Shown here one piece after another: positions 52,007-62,449 of a DNA stretch of 64,000 bases. The position numbers and the translations under genes were made by a program. The DNA is from an uncultured delta proteobacterium (GTDB taxonomy: Bacteria; Desulfobacterota; Binatia; DP-6): assembly GCA_963815115.1 (NCBI GenBank), contig CAWFFN010000005.1:1152001-1216000 (forward strand). The letters run 5' to 3'. The notes beneath the pieces were generated by a model, which saw only the letters and a program-made list of their open reading frames with translations, was not told where the DNA came from and ran no database searches. The number at the start of each line of letters is the position of its first letter. Position 1 is the stretch's first letter.

Positions 52007-52043
52007 GGAGGCTAGGATCGTATAGTCAAATGCCTGCTAGCAA

Positions 52044-53497
52044 CAATGCCGGTCGCTTAACGCGTAAGCGACCGGGTTCTGGATCTTTTTTCCACCAGGT
52101 AGTAAATGGTCTCCCCCACGGAGGTGGGGGCGATGGGGTTGGGGGAGGCCATTGAGGCACTGGGCGCCGGCGAGCGGCCGGCGAGTTTCGAGCAGTTCAG
52201 TGCGGCGATCGACCCGCAGTGGATCGCCGAGGCGCTGGCGGCGACCGGCACGGCGTCGGTCCGCCGCCGCAAGCTGCCCGCGGAGCATGTGGTGTGGCTC
52301 GTCATCGGCATGGGCCTGTTCCGCGATCGCAGCATCGCGCAGGTCGTGCACCATCTCGAGCTCGTGGTGCCGACGGCGGGCGGCGAGCGCCGGCACGTCA
52401 CCAACGCGGCCATCGTCCAGGCGCGCGACCAGCTCGGCGCGGCCCCGCTCGCCGCCCTGTTCACGCAGACGGCGACCCCGTGGGCTCACGGCGCTGCCGC
52501 GGAGGATCGTTGGCGGGGGCTGGCCGTCTACGGCCTCGACGGCACCACGCTGCGCGTCGCCGACACGCCCGACAATGTCGCCCACTTTGGGCGGCCACCG
52601 AGTCGGCACGGCGAGGGAGCGGGCTATCCGCAACTGCGCCTCGTGACGCTGCTCGCCCTGCGCGCCCGGGTGCTTGCCGCCGCCGCGTTCGGCCCCTACC
52701 GCACCAGTGAACTCGCGCTGGCGCCCCAGGTGTGGGCCGCGCTGCCCGAGCACGCGGTCGTCATCCTGGACCGCGGCTTCTGCAGCTACGCCCTCTTCCA
52801 CGTGCTCGCGCCGCCCGACCACGACCGGCACTGGGTGGTGCGCGCCCGCAGCGGACCGACCGCGCTCACGCAGGCCGTCGTCGAGCGCTTCGGCTCCGGC
52901 GACGCCCTCGTCGAGCTGCGCCCCAGCCGGGCCACCCGTGCCGCGCACCCTGACCTGCCGCCCACGCTGCGCGTCCGTGCCGTCCGCGTCCAGCGCCGCG
53001 GCTTCCGTCCCTACTGGGTCTTCACGTCGCTGCTGAACCCCGCGACCCACCCCGCCGCGGAACTCGCCGCGCTCTACCACGAGCGCTGGGAACTCGAACT
53101 CGCCTTCGACGAACTCAAGACCCACACCTGCGAGCGCGCCGAAGCGCTGCGCAGCAAAGCCCCTCCCCGCGTCGAGCAGGAAATGTGGGGCCTGCTGCTC
53201 GCCTACAATCTCGTCCGCCTCGTCATGAGCCGCGCGGCGCCGCGCGCTCGCGTGCCCCCGGGCCGCCTGAGCTATCGCTACGCCCTCCTCGCCGTCCGGG
53301 CCTTCTGGCACACCGCCTGGGACACGTCGCCTGGCACGCTGCCCCGGCGGCTCGAGGCCCTGCTCGACGAACTCGCGCACTTCGTCCTGCCCGAGCGGCG
53401 GCCGCGGCGCTACCCGCGCGCCGTCAAGATCAAGATGAGCAACTATCCGCGGAATCGTCCGCATCGCAGGAGGTCTCGTGCAAAGTGACCGGCATTG
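52044..53497 (+). mobile_element. IS4 family insertion sequence (1454 bp)
   Basis: TIRs CAATGCCGGTCGCTT / AAGTGACCGGCATTG (14/15); 10-bp TSD CTGCTAGCAA at 52034-52043 and 53498-53507. Confidence 0.93.
52106..53488 (+). CDS. IS4 family transposase
   Basis: RRRKLP N-terminal motif; LDGTT, LDRGF and YHERWELE..F.ELK (YREK) motifs. Start may be 52133. Confidence 0.95.
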   Translation: MVSPTEVGAMGLGEAIEALGAGERPASFEQFSAAIDPQWIAEALAATGTASVRRRKLPAEHVVWLVIGMGLFRDRSIAQVVHHLELVVPTAGGERRHVTNAAIVQARDQLGAAPLAALFTQTATPWAHGAAAEDRWRGLAVYGLDGTTLRVADTPDNVAHFGRPPSRHGEGAGYPQLRLVTLLALRARVLAAAAFGPYRTSELALAPQVWAALPEHAVVILDRGFCSYALFHVLAPPDHDRHWVVRARSGPTALTQAVVERFGSGDALVELRPSRATRAAHPDLPPTLRVRAVRVQRRGFRPYWVFTSLLNPATHPAAELAALYHERWELELAFDELKTHTCERAEALRSKAPPRVEQEMWGLLLAYNLVRLVMSRAAPRARVPPGRLSYRYALLAVRAFWHTAWDTSPGTLPRRLEALLDELAHFVLPERRPRRYPRAVKIKMSNYPRNRPHRRRSRAK

Positions 53498-53500
53498 CTG

Positions 53501-53878
53501 CTAGCAACCGATGAGACGGCGCTGACGTAAGCGGTCGAACTCTGCACGGGGGAACTGCCACGACTTGCCGACCTTCCTCGCGCATGGGATCGCGCCAGCC
53601 TTGGCTTGACGTCGGAGCCAAGCGGGACTCTTCAGTAGCAGGGCAGCGGCCTCGCGCAGCGAATAGGGTGGCAGCAGCCTTCGAGAGCAGTTCTCGGCTT
53701 CGGCGCTGCCCACCACGTTGGCGGTCAGCAACTGCCTCACGACCGCGCAGCGTCCCTCGCACACGGCGACGGCGTCGAGCACGGCCTGTCGCTCCTCGGC
53801 TGGCACATCGACGGCACGCGACGGATCGGCGAGCAGCGCGTCGAGCGGCGCCGGAATGCCGAGGCGCGTCTCACCCAT
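53501..53878 (-). CDS. Excisionase-like HTH_17 DNA-binding protein
   Basis: GGAGG SD; YSLREAAALL..S..WLRRQAKAGAIP.ARKVGKSWQF. Confidence 0.75.
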   Translation of the reverse strand: MGETRLGIPAPLDALLADPSRAVDVPAEERQAVLDAVAVCEGRCAVVRQLLTANVVGSAEAENCSRRLLPPYSLREAAALLLKSPAWLRRQAKAGAIPCARKVGKSWQFPRAEFDRLRQRRLIGC

Positions 53879-53908
53879 GAAACGGCCTCCGGTGGTAGTA
53901 TCCCGCCC

Positions 53909-54877
53909 ATGCGCTACGTCGAGGTGAACGGGGTCCGCGTGTCGGCCATCGGGCTCGGGACCTGGCAGTTCGGGTCCTGGGAGTGGGGCTACGGCGACGC
54001 GTATGCCCAGCACGAGGCGCTCGCCATCGTGCGGCGCGCGCTCGACCTCGGGATCAACCTCGTCGACACCGCGGAGATCTATGCCTTCGGGCGCTCCGAG
54101 CGCATCGTGGGCGAGGCGATAGCCGGGCGTCGGGACGAGGCGTTCGTCGCGACCAAGGTCTTCCCGGTGCTGCCCCTCGCCTTCATCGTCGAGCAGCGAG
54201 CGCGCGCGAGCGCTGCCCGGCTCGGTGTCGACACGATCGACCTCTACCAGGTGCACTGGCCGAACCCGGTTATCCCGATCGACACGACCATGGAGGGCAT
54301 GCGGCGGCTTCGGCGCGCAGGCCTGATCCGCCACGTCGGGGTAAGCAACTTCTCGGCATCGCAGTGGGGGGCGGCCGAACACGCGCTGGGGACTCCGGTC
54401 GTCAGCAATCAGGTGGAGTACAGCCTGGTTGCGCGCCAGGCCGAGCACACCGTGCTCGCATATGCCCGACAGGCTGGTCGCCTCGTGATCGCGTACAGTC
54501 CGCTCGCTCAGGGCATTCTCTCAGCCCACTACGACGAGCACCGCGCCGCCCCTGGTGGCATCCGGCGGACGAATGCCCTCTTCACCCGCGAGAATCTCGC
54601 GCGCGCCGCCGAGCTGCTCGCTGCGCTGCGGGAGATCGCTCGCCGCCACGATGCGACCCCCGCCCAGGTGGCGCTCGCCTGGGTCATTCGCCGGCCGAAC
54701 GTCGTGGCCATTCCGGGAGCGAGCAGCGTCGCGCAGCTCGAAGCGAACGCGGCGGCCGCCGAGCTTCAGCTCTCTGACGACGACGATGTCCGCCTCACTG
54801 AGGCGGCCGACCGGTTCCAGCCCCGGCGAGGTCTCGCGGCGATGCCCGAGATGGTTGCGTCCGCCCTCCGCTCTTGA
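53909..54877 (+). CDS. Aldo/keto reductase
   Basis: GLGTW, DTAEIY, ATK, DLYQVHWP, GVSNF and YSPLAQG motifs. Confidence 0.95.
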   Translation: MRYVEVNGVRVSAIGLGTWQFGSWEWGYGDAYAQHEALAIVRRALDLGINLVDTAEIYAFGRSERIVGEAIAGRRDEAFVATKVFPVLPLAFIVEQRARASAARLGVDTIDLYQVHWPNPVIPIDTTMEGMRRLRRAGLIRHVGVSNFSASQWGAAEHALGTPVVSNQVEYSLVARQAEHTVLAYARQAGRLVIAYSPLAQGILSAHYDEHRAAPGGIRRTNALFTRENLARAAELLAALREIARRHDATPAQVALAWVIRRPNVVAIPGASSVAQLEANAAAAELQLSDDDDVRLTEAADRFQPRRGLAAMPEMVASALRS

Positions 54878-54899
54878 GGTCTCGGCGCCCGGCCATGCA

Positions 54900-55575
54900 G
54901 CGGCGGCAAACCGCCTCATCGCAGTCGGCCGAGGTCGGGTACCGGTCATAGTCGCAACGCGACCTTGGCTTGCTCGCCCTGCTCGCGCGTCGCAATCTCC
55001 AGCCTCGCGCCGCGACGCACTGGATGAGTGTCGGGGGCCGACGTGAACTGGCGGAGGTGAGCCTGGGAGCGCCGGCCGGCACGATCCGCGATGAGACGCC
55101 GATTCTGCTCCGACTGCTCGATGCCCAGATCCGCAGTGTCGACCAGGAACTCGCCCGGCGCTGGAGCAACGATCCGCGCGTGCAGCGGCTGCAGACGATT
55201 CCCGGTGTCGGGCCGTTCGTGGCGATCTTGCTCGTGCTCGAGCTCGCGGACATTGCCTGCTTTCCCAGTGCGAAACACGTGGCGAGCTACATCGGGTAAC
55301 GCCGCGGGTCCGGGCCAGCGCCGACCGGATGCGTACTGGACACGTCAGCAAGGAAGGCAAGCGGCTGCTACGCTGGGCGTTGGTCATCGCGGCCACGCAG
55401 GCGGCTCGTCGGCCCAGCCCGCTGCCGCGGGTGGTTCCGTGGCCTCCAGCGGCAGAAGGCGACGAAGATCGCGCGGGTGGCTTTGGCGCGACGACTCGCG
55501 GAGATCGCCTACCACGTTTAGAAGGAGGACAACGACTATCTCGCGGTGCTGCGACGCACGAGCGTGCGGGGGTGA
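54900..55575 (+). pseudogene. IS110 family transposase remnant (C-terminal half)
   Basis: LQTIPGVG...F.SAKHVASYIG* then SKEG.RLLRWAL and KIARVALARRLA; internal stops and frameshift; no N-terminal DEDD domain. Confidence 0.85.
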
Positions 55576-55720
55576 GTGAGCTCGCGGCAGACATGGTCCG
55601 CCGAGCGTCATGGCTCGCGGGACCGTCCAGGTGATTGGGCAGCCCCTTTCGCTCCAGAGCGAGAAAAGTGACACGATCATCATGAGCCCCGTCGGGGGCT
55701 CGAAGAGATGTCTGGCGCAC
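55568..55720 (+). ncRNA. Candidate IS110 bridge/seek RNA
   Basis: Non-coding region directly 3' of the IS110 tnp with two hairpin-closed internal loops. Confidence 0.45.
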
Positions 55721-55928
55721 CGCTCGGTTTCGTCGGGATTGCAATCCGAGAAACACAAGAAGGACACCACCTGACGGAGGGACGGGCACAACGACTTGAC
55801 CCGGAGGAAACTTGAGAAAGACTATTTACGAAGGTGCCTTGGCGGTGTAGTCGGACCACCGCGTACACACTCGCGAGGCTTCGCGCAGGGAAGCGCGACG
55901 CGACAAACTCCCGACTTTGGAGGTCGAG

Positions 55929-56135
55929 ATGATCGACGGCGCGCAGGGGGTTGAGTTCACAGACGTGGAAGTGGTGGCAGCGACCTACTTCACCTTGCGA
56001 TGCTTCGTCGAAGGAAAGTTCGTTGGGGTGCCGTCCCTGAGAATGCTGCCGGGGACGGACATCGCCCGGCGCGGCGACCGAGGCCGTCTCATCTTGCCGC
56101 GGGACGTCGCCGCAAAACTCGGCCTCTGTAAGTAG
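55929..56135 (+). CDS. Small hypothetical protein
   Basis: GGAGG SD; 68-aa ORF. Confidence 0.5.
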   Translation: MIDGAQGVEFTDVEVVAATYFTLRCFVEGKFVGVPSLRMLPGTDIARRGDRGRLILPRDVAAKLGLCK

Positions 56136-56176
56136 AAGTCACTCGCGGCCGGCGCATACGATGAAAGGAGCCAAAC

Positions 56177-56368
56177 ATGTCGTCTCTCTCACTGACGCAA
56201 GCCCACTTTGCCGTGCTCGGCGTCCTGACCCTCCTGCGTGGTGGCGCTAACGCGACGACCGTCTCCTTGGTGCTGGGCCTCCCCCGAGATGAAGGAGAGC
56301 GCCTGCTCGAGGACCTCGAGTGGCTCGGGCACATCCGCGGTGCTCCTGCCGGGCCTCAGCATAGTTGA
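56177..56368 (+). CDS. Small hypothetical protein (possible winged helix)
   Basis: AAAGGAG SD; ...LLEDLEWLGHI pattern. Confidence 0.5.
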   Translation: MSSLSLTQAHFAVLGVLTLLRGGANATTVSLVLGLPRDEGERLLEDLEWLGHIRGAPAGPQHS

Positions 56369-56469
56369 CCGCGCCGACAGGCGATCTGTCTTGACCCGCG
56401 CGGGCGGCTGGCGCGAACGTCGCGTCAGGGAGGATCGCAGTCGCGCCGAAAAGTCTGCTCGATGGGCTG

Positions 56470-56655
56470 GCGATCGGCACCGTGCATTCCCCGACATCGG
56501 GGGGGAGTTCCTGCGCTTCCGCAACCGCATCGACCGCGAGACACCGGGTGACGTGGACCTCCACCCATCCTCGACAACTCCAGCACGCACAAGAGCCCCG
56601 CGCGTCCAGCGCTGGCTCCGGTCATCCCCGCGTTTACCTTCATTCACTCCGACCC
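56470..56655 (+). pseudogene. IS630 family transposase remnant
   Basis: EFLRF.NRIDRETP..VDLH / ILDNSSTHK / VQRWL / FTPT across frameshifts. Confidence 0.7.
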
Positions 56656-56656
56656 T

Positions 56657-56955
56657 CGCATGCTCCTCGCAGCCTTGGAGACCGAGGTCGCGGCGTACCT
56701 GGAAGCCCATGCCGCTTAGCGCGACGCCGCTGACCATGCGTTGGTGGTCCGCACGGCAAGGCCGCACCCGAAAGGTGACCCTCGGCGCGGGAACGATCGC
56801 CGTCAATGCTCCCCACGCATCAACGACCGGCGGGTCGACACCGACGGCCAGCGGTGTAAGTTCACGAGCCGCATCATGCCGCCGTACATGCGGCGCTCGC
56901 CGAAGGTTGCCGAGGTCTTACCTGTGCTCTACCTGCGGGGCCTCTCCACCGATCC
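56657..56955 (+). pseudogene. IS256 family transposase remnant
   Basis: RMLLAALETEV..YL...VVR.G..RKVTLGAGTI.V..PR.NDRR...F.S.I.PPYMRRSPKV.EVLP.LYL.GLST. Confidence 0.75.
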
Positions 56956-57641
56956 CGACGCGAGCACGGATCATGGCTGCCTCCCCGCCGGAACGTGTGG
57001 CCGAACGGACTTACAGACTGGCGCTGCATGACCCATGCCTGCGCCGCAGCCGCTTCGCGACGCTAATTCGCCGCCTTTCGTCTCAGATCCGAGAACACGC
57101 CCGCACTTCCGATTTCCCGGAGGGTGCCCTACCCGGAAAAAGGGCAGTTCAAGCCGCGTGCTTGGCGAGGGTGAGCGTAGCCGAGGGCAGCGAGCCGACG
57201 CGCGTGCTAGCGGTGACGCGGTCGTGCTCATCCCCGTCGAAGTAGTTCTCGTACAGGCATCTTGACCGGACCATCCTGATCACGCCCGCTCCAGATCGAT
57301 GGCTCCAGCGAAAGCCCTCTGCCTCGGAAGGACGCATTTCCGTCCAAGAAGGGCATGTGAACGAACGCGTGGTACGGCGGGTGGCTCCGAGGACGATCGC
57401 CCTCGGTTGCGTCGACCGAGGTGAAAGCCGAAGGCCTTCCTCTCGAACCAGCCGGTGATCCGACTCACTTCATCGACCGTGAAGGGGTCGGGTCCGAACG
57501 GGTTTCTAGAGACAGGTCGAGCCTGGAAAGTTGACGGATCACCCCCAGATCAGACCGCCGCCCCGGCCAGTTCCCTGCTGCGCCCGGCTGGCGCGGGCCG
57601 CCGGTGGTACTCGGGAGCGTCACAATGATTCCGTAACGCGC

Positions 57642-58496
57642 TCAGGCACCGAGCCGCCCGGCGATGCGGCGGAGCAGGCGCTGTACCGGATAGCGTTCCG
57701 GATCGGCGGACTGCACCGCGAGCAGGTCGGCGATCTGCATCTCGATCGCGGCGGCGACCTCGCCGCGCAGCTTGCGGCAAGCCGTCGCATCCTCGTGTCG
57801 GCCGGCCCAGCAGCGGGTATCGATCGGTGGCCCGAACAGGAAGTACTGGCGCTCGAAGCGCGGCAGCCCGAGCGGGCCCTTCCCGCGCGAGAGCGGCGGC
57901 ACGATCTCGCCGCCCCGGAACCAGCGTTGCTCGGTGATGCCGAGCGCTCGCAACAGACCGCCCACGGGCGATCGCAGCAGGTCCACGGCGTCAGCAACGA
58001 TCTCGAACATGTCGTCGACGCCCACCGAGGCGACGGGCACGATCGGCACACCGTGCTCGATCGCGAGCCGCGCGAAGCCGACGCGCTCCTTCCAGATCAG
58101 CTTGTAGCGCTCGCCCTTGCGCTTCATCACCTCGCGTCCGCCGCCGGGGAAGACCAGCACGGCCTCGCCCTTCGCGAACAACGCGGCGCAGTTCTCACGG
58201 GTGCCGCGCACGGCGCCGAGCCGCCGCAGCACGTCGCGCCAGATCGGCACGGCGAAGTGGTTGTGGTCGCCGAGCGCGCGGACCGGGCGGCCCGTCTCGT
58301 TCAGGATCGCGAGCCCCAGCATCGGGATGTCGACGAGCCCATAAATGGTATGATTGCCAGCGATCAGCACGGCTCCCTCGCGCGGGATGTGCTCGAGGCC
58401 GATCGCAACGGGAGAGAACAGCCGCCGCAGCGGCTCGGCGACGCTGCGCAGGGAGTCGGACGAAATCGGCTCGAAGTCGAGGCCGGGGAAATCCAT
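57642..58496 (-). CDS. Lysophospholipid/diacylglycerol acyltransferase family protein
   Basis: NH....D, VFPGGGRE, GFARLA..GVPIVPV and FGPPI motifs. Confidence 0.88.
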   Translation of the reverse strand: MDFPGLDFEPISSDSLRSVAEPLRRLFSPVAIGLEHIPREGAVLIAGNHTIYGLVDIPMLGLAILNETGRPVRALGDHNHFAVPIWRDVLRRLGAVRGTRENCAALFAKGEAVLVFPGGGREVMKRKGERYKLIWKERVGFARLAIEHGVPIVPVASVGVDDMFEIVADAVDLLRSPVGGLLRALGITEQRWFRGGEIVPPLSRGKGPLGLPRFERQYFLFGPPIDTRCWAGRHEDATACRKLRGEVAAAIEMQIADLLAVQSADPERYPVQRLLRRIAGRLGA

Positions 58497-59537
58497 GGAG
58501 CGCGTCCCACGCTCAGCGATCGCCCGTCAAGACTCCGGGGTACTCGTCGATCGTCGCGACCACGATCGGAAGATACACTAGGAGGCGTCCTTCGCACGAC
58601 GTCGCATCGGTCGCGGGGGCGAGGTAGGAGCCACGAAGACGGTGTTCGCCCTTCGTGCGTCCCAGCCATCTGCCCTGCGCGTCCACCAGCCCGCCGCATT
58701 TCCGTCACGACGCGGTGCACACGGCCACGACCACCTGCGCGCGGCCGGTGGCGGCGGGTCTCCCACGATCATGGTGAAACCCGGGCTCTTGAGTGGTCGT
58801 CGGACCGGCCGCCCCGGAAGCGCTCCGACGTCCAGCGGTCGTCACGACAGAGTCGAGTCGCAGCACTCCGGCGCATCATCGACGACGGGGGTGCCCCCGT
58901 GCCCCCCACGTCGAAGCGGGCGGAGGGCAGCAGCCGGCGGGAATGCGGCGAAGGTGCCCCCGCTCTCGGTAGGCCCGGAGTTTCGGAAGTTCAGAGCGCC
59001 GGGGCGTCCACGTCGGGCGGCCCCGGCTCGACCACGGGGCGGGCTTTCTCATGCGCCGCGGGTGCCCCGCACGGGGGCATGGGTTGATCCTACGGAAATG
59101 GAGGTGGGGGCCGCATCAGGCAGCACGTGGGGTGAGTGTGACAGCGTAGCCGAGGGCAGCCTAGAACGCCCCAACGCGGCGCGCTTCTTGCCGGGCCTAC
59201 TTCGACGAGCCTGTGACCCGTTTCTGCCTGCACCGCGACACCGCGACAAAGGGGTGGACCGGGCGAGACAGCATCGGTGCAAACCCCCAGTTGCCATCGA
59301 TCGCTTGGACGCTCAGGATGCGACTAGAGCGCGTCGGCGTAGGGACGAGCTATGGAGCACCAGATCGGTCCTGACGGGGCAGTCGATCTCGCCACCGCTT
59401 TCGGCGCTCGCCTTCCAGCGGCGTCGCCACCCGTCGCGCGGCGGACGCGGGGTCCGCCGCCGGATGAGACCCAAGGTCGCATCTGTGGCAACGCGTTTCT
59501 GTCGACCATCGGAACACGAATCCAAGCAGGAGCCAAT

Positions 59538-60896
59538 ATGAAAGCGAAGTTACTTCGCATGAGCGCGGTCGTTCTGATGCTGAGCGCCTTTTTCCTCCCT
59601 CCGCCATCGGCCCATGCTGATCCCAACAGCCTCAGGCCAATCATTTTTGTTCATGGCGGCTCCGGTTCCGGAGCCCAATTTGAATCCCAAGCGCAGCGAT
59701 TTACCAGCAACGGCTACCCCCAGAACCTTATCGCGGTGCTTGAGTACGATTCCTCCCATTTTACCGCCCTGGTGCCACAGATTTACGCTAATCTCGATCA
59801 GCTCGTTGCGTCCGTTCTGCAAGCGACCGGCGCCGATCAGGTTGATATTCTGGGGCATTCTCTTGGCACCACATTGATGTTTGGGTACCTCACAAGTACG
59901 CCGGAGCGTGCCGCAAAGGTTGCGCACTATGTGAATATTGACGGCCAGAGCACCCTTCCGGATGGCGTGAACACCCTGGCACTATGGGCCGGGAGAGGAG
60001 TTCCCGGCCGGACGATGGTGGGGGCGACGAACGTTACCATCCCCGACGTGACCCACGTACAATGTGCGACCTCTGCCGAGTCATTTGTCGAAATGTACAA
60101 GTTTTTTACGGGTGAACCGCCTGCGACAAAGGACATTGTGCCAGAACCTCCCGGTCAAGTTCGGCTTGTCGGACGGGCGGTCCTTTTTCCCCAAAATAGC
60201 GGCGCGGAGGGCCGCACGCTGCAGATATGGAGAGTCGACGCCGATACCGGCGCGAGAATTGACAAGAAACCGAAGGCCGTCTTCGCTATTGGTCCAGATG
60301 GGAACTGGGGGCCGTTCAAGGCGAAGGGCGGTCAACATTATGAATTTGCCCTCGTGCTTCCGGGTGCCTTCACGCATCATTTCTATTACGAGCCCTTCTT
60401 CAGGAGCGATTACCTGATTCGCCTGAACACTGAGGAGCCCGGCACGGGACTTGGCGCAGTCCTGGAATCGGATTTGAGCGATGACACCAGCGCCCTGATT
60501 CTCATCAGATACAAGGAGTTCTGGGGTGATCAGGGCGTCGAGAATGATACGCTGTTGATCAACGGAGTCAACGTCGTCAACGCTGCCATCTGCCCGATCA
60601 GCAGACGAGTCACTGCGATATTCACCTATGATAACAACTTGGATGGGGTAAGCGACCTGTCCACGCCCGTCTTCCCGTTTGGGCTGTCCTTCCTGACCGG
60701 GGTTGATCTCTTTATTCCTGGAGCAGATCCCCCGGATGCGACCATATCGAACGTGCTTACACCACGAGGCGGCGGCGGCACGGAAGAGGTGGTCAACGTC
60801 CCGAACTGGGCATCATCGACTCATAGAATAAGCATCCAGTTTCATGACTACGTGCAGGCGATCAATTCCTTCGTCGAGTACGTGCAGTCCCACTGA
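59538..60896 (+). CDS. Secreted lipase (alpha/beta hydrolase, Archaeoglobus AFL-like two-domain type)
   Basis: Signal peptide; PIIFVHG..GSGAQFESQ..RF.SNGY; GHSLG nucleophile elbow. Confidence 0.85.
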   Translation: MKAKLLRMSAVVLMLSAFFLPPPSAHADPNSLRPIIFVHGGSGSGAQFESQAQRFTSNGYPQNLIAVLEYDSSHFTALVPQIYANLDQLVASVLQATGADQVDILGHSLGTTLMFGYLTSTPERAAKVAHYVNIDGQSTLPDGVNTLALWAGRGVPGRTMVGATNVTIPDVTHVQCATSAESFVEMYKFFTGEPPATKDIVPEPPGQVRLVGRAVLFPQNSGAEGRTLQIWRVDADTGARIDKKPKAVFAIGPDGNWGPFKAKGGQHYEFALVLPGAFTHHFYYEPFFRSDYLIRLNTEEPGTGLGAVLESDLSDDTSALILIRYKEFWGDQGVENDTLLINGVNVVNAAICPISRRVTAIFTYDNNLDGVSDLSTPVFPFGLSFLTGVDLFIPGADPPDATISNVLTPRGGGGTEEVVNVPNWASSTHRISIQFHDYVQAINSFVEYVQSH

Positions 60897-60907
60897 CCAG
60901 GAACGTA

Positions 60908-60945
60908 AGGAGGCAGGGGGGCTCGAGCCTCTCTGCCTCTTTTGG
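60908..60945 (+). terminator. Rho-independent terminator
   Basis: GAGGCAGGGGGG-CTCGAG-CCTCTCTGCCTC followed by TTTT. Confidence 0.65.
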
Positions 60946-61209
60946 GGAGAAACATGTTGAATCAGTCGGTACCGCGAGCTCGAGCGGATCGGACATGGGC
61001 CAGTTGGCGTCGTCGAGGCGCCGCCTGCCGAGCGCATCTCCGTCTGGCGATCGATCGTCGGTGGGGGTGACGGAAGTACGCGACGTGCACCTCGTGCTGC
61101 GAGTCGAGTACCTAATAGTAGAGGAGGGGCGACGGTTGTGCCCGCCTGCATGGTGGCCGCTCGTACCCTGGCGCACGGGCTTGGCAGCCCGCCGGCGGCG
61201 AGTTTGGCC

Positions 61210-61440
61210 ACACGCTCAGCCGGCGAGGCTACGGATCAGCGCCTGCGCCGACTCGATCACGCCCTCCAGTGTCGATGCGCAGTCGCCTGGAATCGTCTCC
61301 CGGGCCTCGACCCGCGATACGCGGCGCCGCAGGGCGTCGAGCTGCCGTGCGACCTTGCCCAGCCGCATCGCGCCCGGCAGCCGCTGGGGCGAGCGCCCGC
61401 ATCACGTGGCGGCCGATGAACCCGGTCGCACCGCGAAGTC
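61210..61440 (-). pseudogene. NAD-dependent SDR/epimerase fragment
   Basis: GATGFIGRHV Rossmann motif without an intact ORF. Confidence 0.5.
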
Positions 61441-61595
61441 GATGTTCAAGCCGATGCGCGAGTCGACCCGCCCCGGGGCTCGTGAACGGAAGGTAGGAGT
61501 CGCATCACCGAGCGCATGAATGAAGAAAATGTTTGTTCAAGGGGACGCACAAGGTGCCTGCTATCCTGGGGTGCCGGGCCGCGGTCCCCGAGCGC

Positions 61596-62027
61596 TCAGC
61601 GCGGCTCGAGCACCACGACCGGGATCACGCGGCTCGTGCGGGACTGGTACGTGGCGTACTGGCCCTGATTGACCTCGTCCGCGCGCGCCCAGAGTCGGGA
61701 GCGCTCCTCGCCCTCGGCGACCCGGGCGCGCACCGGGATCCGCGCGCGGCCCACCTGGATCTCCACGTCGGGCTGAGCGGTGAGGTTGTGGAACCACCCC
61801 GGGTGGTGCGGCGCGCCACCCTTCGACGCGATCACCGCGTACGCCTTCCCATCGCGCACGTAGAGCAGCGCGGCGGTGCGGGGCTCACGGCTACGACGCC
61901 CGACGGTGCGCAGAAGCAGCATCGGCCGGCCCCCGAGGCTCGCGCCGATCCGTCCATCGGTGTTCTCGTAGAGCCACTGGTGCACGGTGAGCAGCGGACC
62001 CATGACGCTTTCGAGGAGTGGGTTCAT
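61596..62027 (-). CDS. Deazaflavin (F420)-dependent nitroreductase/quinone reductase family (Ddn-like)
   Basis: LLLRTVGRRS.EPRT..L...DG...VIASKGG...P.W.HNL.A.P...YQ.RT.R.IPVV.L. Confidence 0.9.
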   Translation of the reverse strand: MNPLLESVMGPLLTVHQWLYENTDGRIGASLGGRPMLLLRTVGRRSREPRTAALLYVRDGKAYAVIASKGGAPHHPGWFHNLTAQPDVEIQVGRARIPVRARVAEGEERSRLWARADEVNQGQYATYQSRTSRVIPVVVLEPR

Positions 62028-62084
62028 GCCGGCGAACCTAGCAGCAAACTGGGTTCTGCCACGACCGCCCGTCGCCACGGACGC

Positions 62085-62355
62085 GCCCACACGGTGGCGC
62101 TCCCTGGGGCGTCGTCGGGCGTTCCTTCGGGAAGCGCGATGCCGCGCGACGCGAGAAACGCCCCCCCTCGAGACCCGGGGCGGCCGTCGACGAACGACCG
62201 GTAGTCTTCGTCGCTGAAGGGAACGACGGGCCGCTCCCCGGCGTGGCCGGCGAGGAACTCGTCGAAGGTGCGCTTCCAGGCAGCGGCGTCCGTCCGTGCG
62301 GTGTGCGTCACGACGCCGTCGAGGTCGAAGATGACGGGGTCGAAGCGGGCGGAGG
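62085..62355 (-). pseudogene. HAD/beta-phosphoglucomutase family N-terminal fragment
   Basis: VIFDLDGVVT.TA....AAWK..FD.FL...DY..FVDG.P...FLASRGI.LPEG. Confidence 0.7.
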
Positions 62356-62449
62356 AGCGGGCCCTCGCCCGGGTTGCCCGAGGCGCAGCGCGGCAACGCG
62401 ATCGTGTACAGCGGCTTCTCCCCCTTCATTGGCGCGGGCATAACCCAGC

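Noticed and set aside
57000-57530. Short ORFs here and in 58500-59500
   Set aside because: No recognisable motif or convincing SD; possibly decayed genes, but not supportable.
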